From Eremomyces bilateralis CBS 781.70 (lineage: Eukaryota), in NCBI GenBank assembly GCA_010015585.1, contig ML975160.1: DNA of 64,000 nucleotides, one strand, 5' to 3'. Shown here one piece after another: positions 48,106 to 61,835 of the stretch. Both the position numbers and the translations under genes were made by a program. How positions within the stretch are numbered: position 1 is the stretch's first letter; every line of letters begins with the position of its first letter. The notes under the pieces are model-generated. The model was given only the letters and a program-made list of their open reading frames with translations, did no database searches and was not told the origin of the DNA.

Positions 48106-48876
48106 ATGGCCGTGGCAAACTTGTTATGGATAACACTCCTAGCGATCTCCGCATTGACGGTCCTTCTCGCCGGGGCGACCATTGGCTCGGCTGCCTACAC
48201 GCTCCAGCAGTATAAGGATCAGAAGGCTCAAAACAACCCTTGGTGGCTACCGATATGGACCGACCATTTCGATTTGAACGGCACCAAGTCACTGATTGCG
48301 TCTGGATCGGTGTCGCTAGCGCTAGGCTTAGTCTACTTCCTCGCATTGGCGATTCCGAGAGTACGTATAACCTGGACAGTAGTATCACATGGATCACTGA
48401 CAGGTTACCAGTTCCAGGTTGCCGGCCGACCCAAACTTTCCCTCGCCATCGCATCAGCCACCGCGATCCCCAGCGTCGTCGTGTCCGTGTTTGCCATCGC
48501 ATTCGTCCAGGTGCTGAACCAGAAGAGCCCTGACGTAGACACCATCGAATCGTGGACCTGTCGCTGGTCGCAAACCCCAGCGATCGCGAAGGAGCTGTCT
48601 GTGCCGGCGACGTTTACGAACGAGGGATTCGGCACGTTGTGTACGGCGAGCGTACGTGATGAACCCCTCCCCTTTCTTTAGAACTGTGACTCATCTGTGC
48701 ATTAGAGATTCGCATTCGGTGCAACGGTCGCCATCCTTGCGCTGCAACTAGCGCTCGTATCCGTTGCGTTCATGGGGACTAGGGAGCGCTTCGCGATGGT
48801 TCCGCCTGCAGAGAAGGGCTCGCCTGATCAACAGAGCCTCGAATTTGCCCGTCACAGCCCTGTCGATGAACAATGA
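48106..48876 (+). CDS. Hypothetical fungal multi-TM membrane protein, 3 exons
   Basis: Hydrophobic helices plus WWLPIWTDHF, DTIESWTCRW and FGTLC...S|RFAF; canonical introns at ~48361-48417 and ~48652-48704. Confidence 0.75.
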
Positions 48877-49992
48877 GGCAGCAGGCCGCCCACAAGACAG
48901 AGGGATGCGGGCCAGCATCGAAGGTTTCCTGTCACCAAAGCTGTCTAGGCAGCAGATAGGAGTGAGTCGATATTGCGCGTAGGAGCAGTATCCATGTCCT
49001 ATCAAGTGCACTTGGGATGGAACAGAATTACAGAAGGAATATCTTCATGAGACAGCGACTGCGGGTTGCATGTGAAGGAGTCGTGGCATGCTTGTATTCT
49101 ATAATGATGTGCTAGGCAGAACGACCGGATGCTTTTGTTTCGACTGTACTGGGACCGGACGATGTTGGCGGGATACGCCCTTTTGTGTCATACTTTCATG
49201 TCCCACCTCTAAGCCAGGATCGTGATATCTTTGTTACCTTGATAGGTTAGTGATTCCTAGAAAATGGACCATGCAGGCAGCCTGGCAAACAAATCCGTTG
49301 CACCAGAAACCGCAATTGTTCCTCGTACTCTCACTACTCTGTAGGCAGTGGCGCACGGGCGAAGCCAGGATGGCGTGGCTATGCATCTTGATATTGCATC
49401 AGAGCCACCTATCCGATAGCAGTTTCGACAACATCTGGCGGAATTTCCGCGAAATCCGAGGCTATGTCATGCACTGCCGGCATCCCGAATATTTTCGATC
49501 CCAACAAGGCCCGAGTTTCTCAAGATTGTTTCAAAAGACACAGGAATCTTCCAAATTCCAGTCATCCGGATTCGTTTTTCAGATGGATTCCAGCCCGGCG
49601 ATTGGTGGAGAAGTGGAGAGGCAGTCACGGAAAAGTCACGCAACTCCAACGTCAAGTCACACGTCCGCCAGTGACTCACCCTTCTTCGCCCAACAGGTCA
49701 GTGACTGTGCCCAACTCCACCAAGAAGGTTTTTCGCCTTTGACTCGGCTCCTATCTCGGAGTAAAAAGACGCCATGTAAGTTATAAGTAGGGCCATGAAC
49801 ACCGCTTTCTTGATATCGGTTCAGAAAGCCTTTCTGTAGGTTTCAAAGCCTTCCAAATTCCCCCCCAATTTCCTATGACCTATTTCCCCACCGTCATCAT
49901 GTCTCCGTGCGAATAGACCATTCCGCATATTTCCTACCCTCTCTCAAGCCTTAGCCTCACGTCTTTCACCTTATATCCCTCAACCCGTCACA

Positions 49993-50379
49993 ATGGGCTC
50001 CCGCCACAACCGCAAGCGCACCCGCAGTCGCCCCCGGAACCGCCGCCCCAGCCGCTCCTCCTCCCTCGACTCCCTCGACTCCGTCTCCTTCGACCCCGTC
50101 CCCTCTCCCCCGCTCTCCCCCTTTGCCTTCGCCCACCGCCCCCCCACCCACTGGCACGCGCAATACGCCGCCTGGCAGGCGCGCCTCCGCGTCGAGCATG
50201 ACCGCGAGACTGTCGAGCATCCCCGCCAGCGTGCGGAGGTGGCGGCATCGGCTGTCGTGGATGCGCAGTGCGTGCGTGTGTTCGGAGGGCAGCTAGGGGA
50301 AGAGCGGAGTTTGTGTGAGCCGATGCTGAGGGTGGTAATGGGGTTGTTTGATGGGTGTGTGGATTACGATGATCCCTGA
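49993..50379 (+). CDS. Small hypothetical protein with an Arg-rich N-terminus
   Basis: 128-aa ATG ORF in good context (ACAATGG); low complexity; no recognised domain. Confidence 0.45.
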   Translation: MGSRHNRKRTRSRPRNRRPSRSSSLDSLDSVSFDPVPSPPLSPFAFAHRPPTHWHAQYAAWQARLRVEHDRETVEHPRQRAEVAASAVVDAQCVRVFGGQLGEERSLCEPMLRVVMGLFDGCVDYDDP

Positions 50380-51324
50380 AAGGAAGGGGGATCGGGCCTC
50401 GTTCATGCAAGTGAGGGGCTGCGTTGCTGAAATATCATCTCCGCTCTGCGATTGACGTTGTCGACCTGGAGGGATGCTGGCGATGACTCGGTATGAGTAG
50501 GACCGCGCCTTTTGGCGATGGACTGGGTCCATCGATACCAGGCTTGATGCGAACTGTGTTGTCATCCGAGACTCACATCCAACGGCCAACCTCGAGTTGC
50601 CTACGCACCACAACCACCACCCCGGAGTACTCGGCCTCTATTCCATAACACCCGAACCAACCACGACACTCCTTTCTCTTTCTCTTCTCCCATTCCCCCC
50701 CTCTTCCAGAGACCAAAACCAGGCAGAGGCGTGGGATCCCCTGAGCGAGGCTCGCAGCAGTCGCCCCACAACGCGATGGCCACCAAAGCTCTTCCCTAGA
50801 AACTCTGCCGCTTTGCAAAGACCCCGATCAATAGTTAAAAAGTCGAAAAGTTAAACATCCCCGTGAGCCGGGCGAAACCCTCACAGTTGGACACATTGAG
50901 GATAAGACCTGAGGGGCGCGACGGGCGGGGGTGGTTTAGTTTAGTTTTGTTTTCGTTTCTTGGTGGAGGGCTGGATGCTCGTGGGCCAAAAGTCTGCTAG
51001 AGCGTCGCCGGATTGTTTTTTGCGTTGGAGGAGTTGGGTCTTTGCATGAGCTGGTGAGGTGTCTGGAGGAGTGTCGGGAGGGTATACATAGAGCTACATT
51101 GGAAGAATGAAGATCGCATTGTTTTCGGAATCAATCTCAACATCTGATGGTGACCGCTAATTGATGAATTCACGTTGGTATATCGCTAGCTCATACTGTA
51201 CATGCCATGCGTAATGAAGATCTATTATCCACGACCGTTCCCTAGCATGTAACTATTACCATCAGCATCGAACGGCGTTCAAAGTCATGTCTCATAACGT
51301 CGCGATGTAACGCTCCAAGGGTAT

Positions 51325-54300
51325 CTACAACTGAATCATATCCACCGGGCTTTGATCTGGCGGTGCCCCCCCAAACCGCACGTTCCCCACCTTGTCCACC
51401 CGCGCCCGCTCGTTGCTGATCCAGATATACTCCTGGCTCAGCCGCTGCGTGCGCCGGATCTCGTCGTCCGCCACCCCCAGCCCGTCGCGCGGCACCCACA
51501 CGCACGGCCGCACCGCCCGCAGCGCCTTGTGCCGGAACGCGTAGTTCACCAGCTTGTCCCGCTCCTCCGGCGTCATGTCCTCTAACGCCGTGTCGTAGTT
51601 GCCGTAGATGAGGTCGCCGATCGCGTCGATGCGCGACTTCTTGCCCGAGTCGGGGCCTTGCGCTTCGATGTCGATGGCGCCGGTGCCGAGGGGCCGTCCG
51701 CTGGCGCCGTCGTTGCCGAGGACCGTTTTGAGGGCTTTGTTGGTGCCGCCGATGGCGCCGTCGATGGCGCCCTCGATGAAACCGCCAGGTCCGCGGCGGG
51801 AAGGGGGTTCGTGGCGGGAGGGGGGCTCGTCGGGGTTCGGGGGAGTGGGGAGGCGGAGGCCGCGGGGGCGGCGGCCGAGGAAGGCCGGCATCTGGGCGGT
51901 CTCGGCATGGTGCGAGAGTCGACGGTTTTGCGGGTCGGACCGATCGGCCCAAGACTTGCGAGTCGGGTGCGATCCCCAGGTGGTGGGTTTGAAAGGCTTA
52001 GAGGTGGTATTCCGCGGGCCGTCGGGGTGCGAGCTGACGCCACCCGTCTCTTTCTCGTCATGCCCGTCATATTCACCAGGAGACAGTGAAATGGGACGAC
52101 CGAGTGGGTCGAGAGTGTGGCCCGACTTTCTTTTCTCGATCTGAGCAAGCTCGATCGCTTCCGCAGCCTTATCTTCCTGCTCCTCATTCCTTTCACGCTG
52201 TTCCAAGACGACTTGGATGTTGTCCTCTACGGTTTCGTCCACATCCAGCTCCCAGCGCTGACCGTTGGCACGCTCAAACTCCTCATCACGTCGAACCGCA
52301 TCATCTTCCATGGTGATCGGTATATATCGGAATAACGGCCCAAACGCATCATTTAGGAGATACTGGTAGAGGATCGTGAGGGCCAGGAACACGACCATGA
52401 TGATCGCCTGAGGAAGGCAAGCAGGATTATTATCTGGGGTCTGTGCAAGAAGGAAAAGACCGACGAGGCACAGTTCCATGACGTAGACACCGGTGAAGAG
52501 CTGATTGACCGCACGAGGGAAAAGTAGGCCGCCGGTATCGAGTTCGAAGCGGAAGACGTACAACGTCTGGTAGCGGTACACAATCCAGAACAGGCTGAAC
52601 GTGATGATGTTGAACACGAGAATGAGCGGAGAGATGACGGAATAGATGATTCCTGTATCAGTTAGTTCCATACGGCGTCGGGATTGGAAAGCGAAACTCA
52701 CCAATGGCAGCAAGATTGGTATAGACGGGGAAGAACGTTCCCCAGGGTACCTTGGTTAACTGGAGTTGCCTCTGCCATTTCTGTCGTGCGGTGGAATCGA
52801 GGATCGGGGCAAGCAGAAAGAATTGTATGAGCCCGCCGATTTGCATCAGCGCACCAGCGCTGACAGTCAATGCTTGGAGGATCATGTAGGAGAAGAAGTA
52901 GTTGGACGACTTCGGCAAGTTGCTCGCTAGGGTTTGCGGAACCGACAGCGGATTCGATATCAGGGCCTCGACCGTGGCACCGATGCTGGACGAGATAGAA
53001 ACGATCAGGAAGACTTGGATAAACAAGAATGCGAAGTAATAGTTCTGGACCGTCTGCTCGATCTGCATCCCGGTCTGGATGCCTTGGAGGCGGGCGAGTA
53101 GACGAAGGATGACGGGCAATAGCGCGAGGAGGATCGCCAAGAACAGCGGCGGGAGGATACCTTGGATGATGGAAATAACGGTTTTCGGCAGATCGTTCAT
53201 CCAATTCAGGAATTTGAAGGTTTCGGTGAGGTAGTTGACTTGCGACAACAGACCGGTCACGGAAATGGGCAACGCCCAGGCGATGATAATCCCAACAATC
53301 GAGACGATGACGATGCCGGTTCGGATCATCCCCTCCCACCACTTCACGCTCAGGTTGTCCCATATGACATCTTTGGGAGCAATCTCGACCACGCGGGGAG
53401 CCATATGTTTCGGGATGTGGTGGCTAAGCGCTTGACAAGCCATATGTGCGGCGACTTGATGATTGAACTGGATGAAAGCGGAACTCATCTTGGGAAAGTC
53501 CTCCGGGTGTTGCTGATCCTTTTCGATCTCGGCGTTTAATTGTGCCAGTCGCCGGCGGGCGTAGTAGATGGTATCGACTTTCTTGCCCAGGAGAGGGATG
53601 GACGGGCACCACGTCTTGTTGAACAAGGGAAGTCGCATCGTCTCGCGGTCTTTGGGTTTCAGGTACTTCCTCCATGCGGCGTCGATGTCGACCTCCGGGT
53701 GATCGGTGGGATCGTAAAGAGCATCGTAGGCCGTTGGATATGTCGTGACTCGTCGCTTCATCGTCGTCTTGGGCAGATCCTTCTCGTTCAAACTCGGATT
53801 AGTCCTTGTCGGTGCCCTTGCATGCGTACCAAAATCAGAGGCGTCGGCATGCGGATCGACCACAGTGGCTTCCGACGGACGGCCCTGCTTTTCCGGCTCA
53901 TCAACGCCATCTTGTCCCAAGCCGTCACGATGTGGATCCGAGCCATCCTGAGATCTCAAAGGGCGATCAGACGAGGCATATCGTACGGAATAACCCTCAT
54001 CATCCAGGTCATAGGATTCTCGATAGGGGTTGTCCTCAGCATTTGTTGGTCCTTTTCCCCCGCGTTTTAGACCTGCGAAGACGACACCGCCCGCTTTGCC
54101 GAATCCACGCCCGACCGTTTCAAACCCACGCCCAATGGCGTTAAGCCCTTCGCCAATAACCGGCACAGCCTTCAGTTTGCGTTCTTTTTCCGTCTTCTGT
54201 TCGCCCGGATCCAGCATACCGTCCCGCACGGCGTCTTCGATGGATTCTGGGATCTGATGCGGGTTTCCGGCACTGATACCCTCGCTATGAGTCGCGGCTC

Positions 54301-55281
54301 GTTGTTCCTGTGCATCTTCGGCCTCGCGATCGCGCTTCCTCTGCGATCGGGACCTCTTCACGCCGGCGGCCTTCAGCTCCTTTGCCTTTATTTTGGCGTG
54401 CTTCTTCACGCAAGTCTGGATCAAGACCGTCTCGGCGGACTCCAGGATCTTCGCATACTTGTCACGCATGGCCACCTTTTCCGATAGTTCGTCGAAGTTC
54501 CGATTGATCCAGATGTTACGGACGCCTCCTGGGAACACATCGTACAGGGCGCCCAGAGCATCCTCGGTGAGCCACTTGTGAGGGATATTGCTGACGAGAA
54601 CCGTTGTAGCCGACGCCCGTAACCGATGCTGCGGGGACGTCAAATACGCTTGGCGCAGCCGAACATATTTCCGCAGCTCGTCATAGAAGGTGTAACAGAC
54701 GTAAATAATGACGAGAATGGCAAGGCACAGGTGGGCCCAGAATCGTTTGTATTCGGTCCGGCCAACATTCTGCCAGCCAAAGAGGTCCATCCCAGAAGTG
54801 TTTTCGGTGTGGGTACCGATGCTGTTGAGCGGTAGAAGGATGGGGAGGATGACTAGAGCGAGGGGAAGGAATATCTTCAGAAGCATCCGCAGATATCGTA
54901 GGAAGAGATATGCGTCGAGGCCGCATTTGTGGATGAATTCCGAGTTGGAGGTTTTGAGGACTGGTATGATCCATCGTATCAGTCCCGATGGGGCTGCCGC
55001 TATTCGTTCTCGTTTCGGAACGAGAAATGTTCTCGGCGCACTGGTGTATTGTTAGGCATCATCTCCTGAATAACCACCTATAGAGATACATACTAGATTC
55101 TTGCGAAGCGCCCTTTGAGGATAAAAAAGGCCAGCAATTCGATGGAAAAGACCACAAGGGCGGTGGCGAGCGACGCGACGAACGCAGCAAAGGAAATGTT
55201 CTCCTTCTCTTGACCTTGACCGCCGCCCGATGTGAAGGGATTCGCCAAAGAGGTGGACGTACTTTCAGGTGTATCCGCCAT
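51325..55281 (-). CDS. OSCA/TMEM63 (CSC1/PHM7/DUF221) mechanosensitive cation channel, 3 exons
   Basis: CGLDAYLFLRYLRM, SATTVLVSNIP, SAFIQFN, APKDVIWDNL, LPKSSNYFFSY and DTGGLLFPRA. Confidence 0.94.
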
Positions 55282-55744
55282 GTCGGGTGAGATACCGATG
55301 CGCAGCCGTTGGCGGGGAGAGGAGCTATACTAGGAGGATGGCGAGGACGCGGGATTCAGGAGGGCGGCTCTGGATATCTCTTGCTATGGGTCGGATGGTG
55401 TACAGCTAAGTCGATACTTCCAGAGCTGTCATGAAGAGCGAATCTCGTAGAGCAACAATAGAAGGATGTAAACGCGAGGTAATGGCAAGGGAGGGGTGCT
55501 GTCGATCCGAAATGCAAGACTAGTACGGGGATGAGGTCAGAGGTGTAGTAGACGAAGATAAAGAACCGACTAAAGGAAGAAGTGGAATAATCATAGAAGA
55601 AAGGTCGCAAAAAGCATCGCTACATCACCGATCAACCAGCAACCAGCAACCAGGAATCAGAGGGTATACGTGAAGAAGTGGAAGTCAAACAGGTTTCGTG
55701 CGTAATAGGTTTGTTCACCTCCAAGAAAGTGAACCGACATCGTC

Positions 55745-55783
55745 ACGCTCCCAATTCCCACGCTCCCAATTCCCACGCTCCCA
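55745..55783. repeat. 15-bp tandem repeat (CACGCTCCCAATTCC)x~2.6
   Basis: Read directly from the sequence in the OSCA upstream region. Confidence 0.75.
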
Positions 55784-56399
55784 CCAGCAGTCCAGCCTGA
55801 GGTAGCGAATTACCGTCGCGGAAATTGAGGCAAGGGCCGCCCGGGGGCTTGCCTGATTGCAGGCGCGTGTTGGTGAATTGGCGTCATCATGCGCCGACCC
55901 GCCCAATCAGCGGTTCCCTGAATGCGGCTCATTCGCTCGGCCCAGGGTTGGGCGGGGGTCTGTTTGGGCCCGACCCCCTGGACCCCCCGACCATTGGCCC
56001 CGCTTGTTTCCTGGATTCGTCCCATGGTGCTTGGCAGGCTCCTGGTGCCCCCACCCTGTGGCACGCTGTATCACCTTCTGAATCTTATCCCGCGCTCACC
56101 AACATCGGACAGTGTACATGTAATACATACAGACGGGAACATACTTCATATCAGAGACTCCAAGAATCAAGTGCACGGAGAGTGTCTTGGATGCAGAACT
56201 CAACGGTCGATCCTTACGGTTGATTGGAACCATTCACAGAATCACATCTAGCATTCCTTCTCCAACAGTTCGTTTTAATCCATGTAATACAGTTGCTGTG
56301 CAAGCGTGTGGTAATACAGATAATTTAGATAGTCTAAGCAGTAACAATCTACCCTTCTCCCCATCGATCGGGAATGCAAATCTATCTCTGGCACGTTAT

Positions 56400-59300
56400 T
56401 TATTTCGCTCCCCGCTCCTCCCTCAACCGCTCCGCCTCCGCCTCCTCCTCCCGATTCCTCCGCTCCTCCCGCTCCAGTTGATCCGCCCGCCGCACCGCGA
56501 TGTCCTTCGGCCGATAGTCGCTGAACAGCCGCTTGAGCACGAACTCGATGATCCAGCACCCCGCGTAGTCCACCACCATCGTGGTCGTCATGACGAGCTT
56601 GAACTCGCTCGTGAACGGGACCAGCCGCAGCTTCTCGTTGATCTCCGGGATGAACTCCGTCGCGCACGAGAAGGCGACGGCGGCGACGAGGATGATGCCC
56701 CAGTACATGCCACGGTTCTCGCGGATGGATTCGCGGAAGGGGCGGCCTTGGTAGTTGATGGCGAAGGTGGAGATTTGCTGGATGAGCTGGAGGAGGTAGA
56801 TGGCGCTGTTGAGGAGGGACGGCTCGAATTCGCCCTCAAGGTCGATATCCAGGTCTTTTCTGCAGAGACGGTCAGTAAATGGCCCGAACGGATGCTAACT
56901 TTCGTAGTGACTTACGGTTCGGTCCGCTGCACATATTGCGAGATGTAGATCAATGTCACGATATGGATCGCAAATTGCCCAAGGACAGAGCCAACGATAT
57001 ATGGGTTGAAGATGTTGTTCTGTGGCCGCTCTTTGGAGAGCTTGTCGACCGACTGCAAATGAATTAGCACTCACGCCCAAACCAACCATGGCGCAGTCGA
57101 CTTACCTTCGCTCTCGAGATAGACAGGAAACACACGCTCATCATCATCCCGCTGATCGTCACCTGACCATCCCCGAACTTGATGCCATCCAGATACAGCA
57201 CGCTTAGACTGTATGCGCTGATCAAACAGTTCAGCGCGAGGATCTTGTACATCTGAATCGTAGCCACCAATGTGCATCGCCCTTGTCGAATGATGTTGGG
57301 AATGGCGATAACGTTCGACAGCTTGCTCGTGAACGGGGCTGCACAGGACGCGTCGCCAAGCTTGATGGTCGGGGGTTCGTTCTCGTCCAGTTCGGTTTCC
57401 ATCATGGTCTTTTGCCATTGATCGACCATGTTTTTCATGCTGGCTTGCGTCGCGGGCTGCTCCGGTTCGTCTGAATTCCTGGCCACAGTAGTATCGGCTG
57501 GCGCCGCAATGGCCCCGTTCGCCTGTCCTTCCTTTTTGGCGGCCTCTCGCAGGATGGCCTTCTCATAATGAGGATTCAAGGGGCCGGGAGGATACAGGTG
57601 CGCGATGAGGACGGGGACCGGCGGCGCAGGTTGGTTGAAGCGCTTCATGAGGGTAACCTGCTTCTCGTAGATTTCCTTCATCTTGGTGTTCCGGAAGTGA
57701 TCGCCAATCTTCGCCAAATCCTGTTTGGTGCCGTTCAGCAGCGCCACGCCAACGTGCGCCTGCTTCAGAGCTCCGACATCGTTCGTACCGTCACCGCACA
57801 TCAGCGTGGTATACCCTTGGTCTTTGAGGCCCAGAAGAATGTCTTCCTTCTGCTTGGGGGAAACACGGGCGTAGACCCAGGTATGCCGTAGGATTTGCGG
57901 CCATGCCTTCTGGTCCTGGAGCTTCGCCAACGCGTAACCCGTCACGCAGAGATCCTTGGTCCTCAGGATCTCCGGGTCAAGAGGCAGGGTTGGATCGACA
58001 GGGATGTTGACCTTATCGTCGGTACTACGCCAAACCAGGTATTTGCCGCTATTGTCATGCTCTGGCGCGTCGAGGATCAAGGTGTCGCGATCCACGATCT
58101 CGACTTGCTTCGCAACATGTACTGCCGTAAGGGGGTTGTCGCCGGTAATCATGATGCAGCGGTGGCTACTTTCGTTCAACATTCGGATCGACTTCACCGC
58201 GTCGTCTTTTAGGGGTGTTTGTAGGACGAGGAACCCCGCAAAATGCAGATCGCATTCTACTTCTTCCCTCTTCAAGTGGTTGATCCGGCTCTGGCCGATC
58301 TCGCCATCCTGGCTCAGGTATTTGTATCCCAGCGCCAACACGCGGCCTCCGTTTCGAGTGAAGTACTTGAAGGTCTCCTCATACTTGGGAGGGATGTCAA
58401 CCAGCATGTCCCGAATCGTTTCTGGGGCACCCTTCACAGCCGCAAATGTCGACTTCGCCCTCTTACCCGTCTTCCGACTTGTCGTGACCACAGTGGCGAC
58501 AGAGCTTTGTCGCTTAAGAGCAGATGAGAACTGGAATCGCCGTTTGATCTGGGCCGTGTCTGCATGCGTGGCATATCCCGAACCATGCGCTGCGGTCTTG
58601 ACTTTGCTGGAAAGCGTGTCGTTCTTCCCCAATAACCATCCAAGGGATGCGAGAGTGGCCTGTTCCATGGGTTCACCTGCCATCTCTCCATCGTCGAGCT
58701 TCACCAGTGCATGCGCAGTGGCAAGGACAAGGGTGGTTTCAGGTCCGGCATCGATCGTTGGAACAAGTCGAGTCTGCGCCCCGTCCGATTCGCACTTCAC
58801 TCCTGCCTTGCCTAATTCGAGTCCAGCTACTCCATCAACGACAAGGTCCTCTCCAGTAAGCGTACCGGTCTTGTCGAAGCAAGCGACATCAACACGACCA
58901 GCGAATGGGATGCGGAACGGCTCGGTGCAGAAGATCGCATACTTGCTCAGAGCGGCAAGACTGGTGTTGACCGCCAAACTCAGTTCCATGGGCAGCTCTG
59001 GGGGGACCACGCTGGTGATAATCAAAACGCAATCGAGTAGAAGCTTGGTGCGCTTGCGGTCCCTGACAACACCCTCGTTCCAGACATACCATGAAGCGGC
59101 AAGGGCAAACATGAGGAGGAAGAGAATGAATAGCAGGGCTTCGACGTTGTTCGCGGACACCCGTTCGGTAGAGAAGATCATCGTACGGACAAGAGCGCCT
59201 TGGTTGGTCTCGAAACCTGTCTTGACGACAACAGCCATTGCACCATTGTCTGGAGGGCGAGGAACCCCGGATTTCGGCTTCTCAGTCGCCTCCGTGCCGT

Positions 59301-60375
59301 CGTCGGATTGAGTTCCGTGGGCGACCTGGAGTACTTTTGTTCCGCCGTAAAGAAATGAGTTCTTGTCCAAACCCTCCGGTTCTACGCGAGCGTTGCCCGG
59401 ACGAAGCTGGATGGAGTCCTTCAGAATCGGCGTGCTCTCCCCGGACAACATGGCTTCATTGACAATGGCGGTGCCTTCGACCAGAATCATGTCACAGGCG
59501 ACCCCGCTGTCTTCTTTTGTCCTTCCCGCCGAGACCAAGTCCCCAGGTAGCAGCTTGTCGCTCTGGATTTCCGCCCATTTCCCTTTCCGGTACACATAAA
59601 GATTGTAGGGTTTGATGTTCATGCCCCGGAATTCACTCAGGGTACGTTGCCTCTGCCAGACGACCGTGCTCTCGAATGTCACCAGCATGAACAGGGTGAA
59701 AAGCGAGTAGTACCAGTATTCGTCAAGCATCCAGAGTCCGACGCAGAAGATTTGGAAGACGAAGAACGGCGCAACGGCGTGTTCTTGGAAAAGCTCCGTG
59801 AACGTTGGCACCGGAATATCAAATGTATTGTCTCCATAATGCTCTTGCAATCTCCTGATATCCGCCTCGGTGCGAAGCCCTTGACATTCTTGGAACACCT
59901 GTAGTTGTGGTTTGGGCTCCGAATCGACGGCGAAGGACAGAGGAGCGAAGTCGCCCGTTTCGGTACGGTAGAGGAAACGACGTTTCTGGAAAATGAAGGA
60001 TAAATTTTGCTTTCCACCAACACTGTCCCTCTTGAGAGTACATATCTCAGCCGACCCAGCATTCGCTATCGGGATGACCTTGATCAAGGCGGCAGTCCGC
60101 ACATCCTTTGCGGAGGTCGAGGTGAAGAGGGCCTTGGTGTTAACATCCCATTTGGTGGTCAGCCAAACCAGGGCCTGGATCGAGAAGATGGAGCCTATCC
60201 AAACAAAGCTCCATTCCGAAGCCTCAATATATTCGTCATAGAAATCCTCGTTGAGCCACAGCGCAAAGAACGCGGGCCAGATGATCAAGAACGGCCAGAC
60301 ATAAGCGTGCAGTCCGATCGGAAGCGGATTGTGGAGGCTCGCGGCTTTGATCTGGGGACTGTCGATGAGTGGCAT
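56400..60375 (-). CDS. SPF1: P5A-type ATPase, 3 exons
   Basis: LSGES, P5 motif PPELPMEL, DKTGTLT, TGDN, GDGTNDVGALK and IRQGRCTLV. Confidence 0.97.
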
Positions 60376-61835
60376 CGTGCCAGAAGAACGGGGTGAAGGA
60401 TTAGGAATTAGGACATGTGGACAGTGCAAAAGTTCCGAATGGAAGAGAAAGTCGAGGCCAGATCGACGCAATGAGATGAAAGTCAATGGCTTGTCGTAGC
60501 TGCGGATGGAACGCGCCGCTAACAAGACTGAACACCACAGGAGAACAAAATCGCCACACCCGCCAAGCCTCAACTGGCAGGGGCTGCCGTGGCCTGTCGC
60601 TGCCTGGGCGCTGCTGTGGCGCTCCGGGCTCGGAGCGGAGCCACATTTGACATTTCACATATTTTCAGCCACACCTCCGATGGCACTCCTGAGGCAATTT
60701 ATCCTCACCCAATGTACAGCACAAAGTAGAGCTGTTCTGTAGCACCTTAGAAGTTAGAACACTAAGGAGGACCTGATGCAATTCGGGCGCTGATCGCCTT
60801 GTGCACAGTCATGTAACTTCCCCCTGCGTGATGGGACACCCGCCGTGCTGGAACGAATCTGAGGTACTTTGACTTCAAACCTACTCAGTCTCCACAGTCT
60901 ACACATATTACAATTCTTATACTCCGTAATCCTATGTAAATTGCGCTCTTCAGCTATTTTCCAACACACCGAACTGTGCCTATCTTAAGTTCATATTCAA
61001 AAGCTTGGCTGCTAGTTAGCTGATTTCCGCAGAGTACACGAAGTGCATCTTGGATACCGCGACAGTATTTCCATGCTTTAACGCCACTATCATCTTCTTT
61101 TCCTTTAAAAAAGATATAAAAAGAATCAGTCCAAGTCATCAAAACCGATCATAATGCTAGAAAGCCTTCGTCCAAAGTATACGTTGTGTTAAAAGCAATT
61201 TCAAACATTTCTTCCACGCAGGTCGGTACGTACTTGCAGTCGATCAAACTTCCACTTTTAGCGATCCGAATAGGCAAGGGATTAATAATACACGAGTATT
61301 TGTCCTAAGTTGCCGCTGTCAAGCAGACTCTCTAATCCTCTATGGCCTTGGCAGACCAACACTCTTGGGTGATGCGGAGTGTCCCTGTGCAAAGGGACGA
61401 GCGTTACAGGAGATGGGACTAGAGCGGCAACCTAAAAGGTCAGTTAACTTAATAGAGACATGAATTTGAACGACCAGCCGCACATCCATGCTTTTCGATG
61501 ACCTCCAGCTGAGACGATCTTGAACGGAAGTCAGCCGTGTGGATCATCGACTTATCGACGTTATATGCCAACCAACCCCAATGATGTTAAACATGTACGA
61601 GATGATGGAGAGGGGTCGCAAATTATCTGCGTCGCCAAACCACAGCTCTCTCGATATCAGCTGGTCTTGGTGCAGCTTGGCTTTGCGTTTCCGAAAGCTC
61701 CTGCACAGCCTTGCGCCTCGTCACATTGTTCATCGCAGTCCTTTTTAATGCGTCTACGATTCAGCTAATATGTCGTTCGAATATTCCAGAGCAGCCGTCA
61801 TGATTCCTTAATATTGACGATTACTGCGGCCAACG

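Noticed and set aside
57956..59311. 451-aa + strand ORF, and similar long antisense ORFs over CPY, NOP1, FRE and OSCA
   Set aside because: These are shadow ORFs of codon-biased genes on the opposite strand or in another frame, with no recognisable domains.
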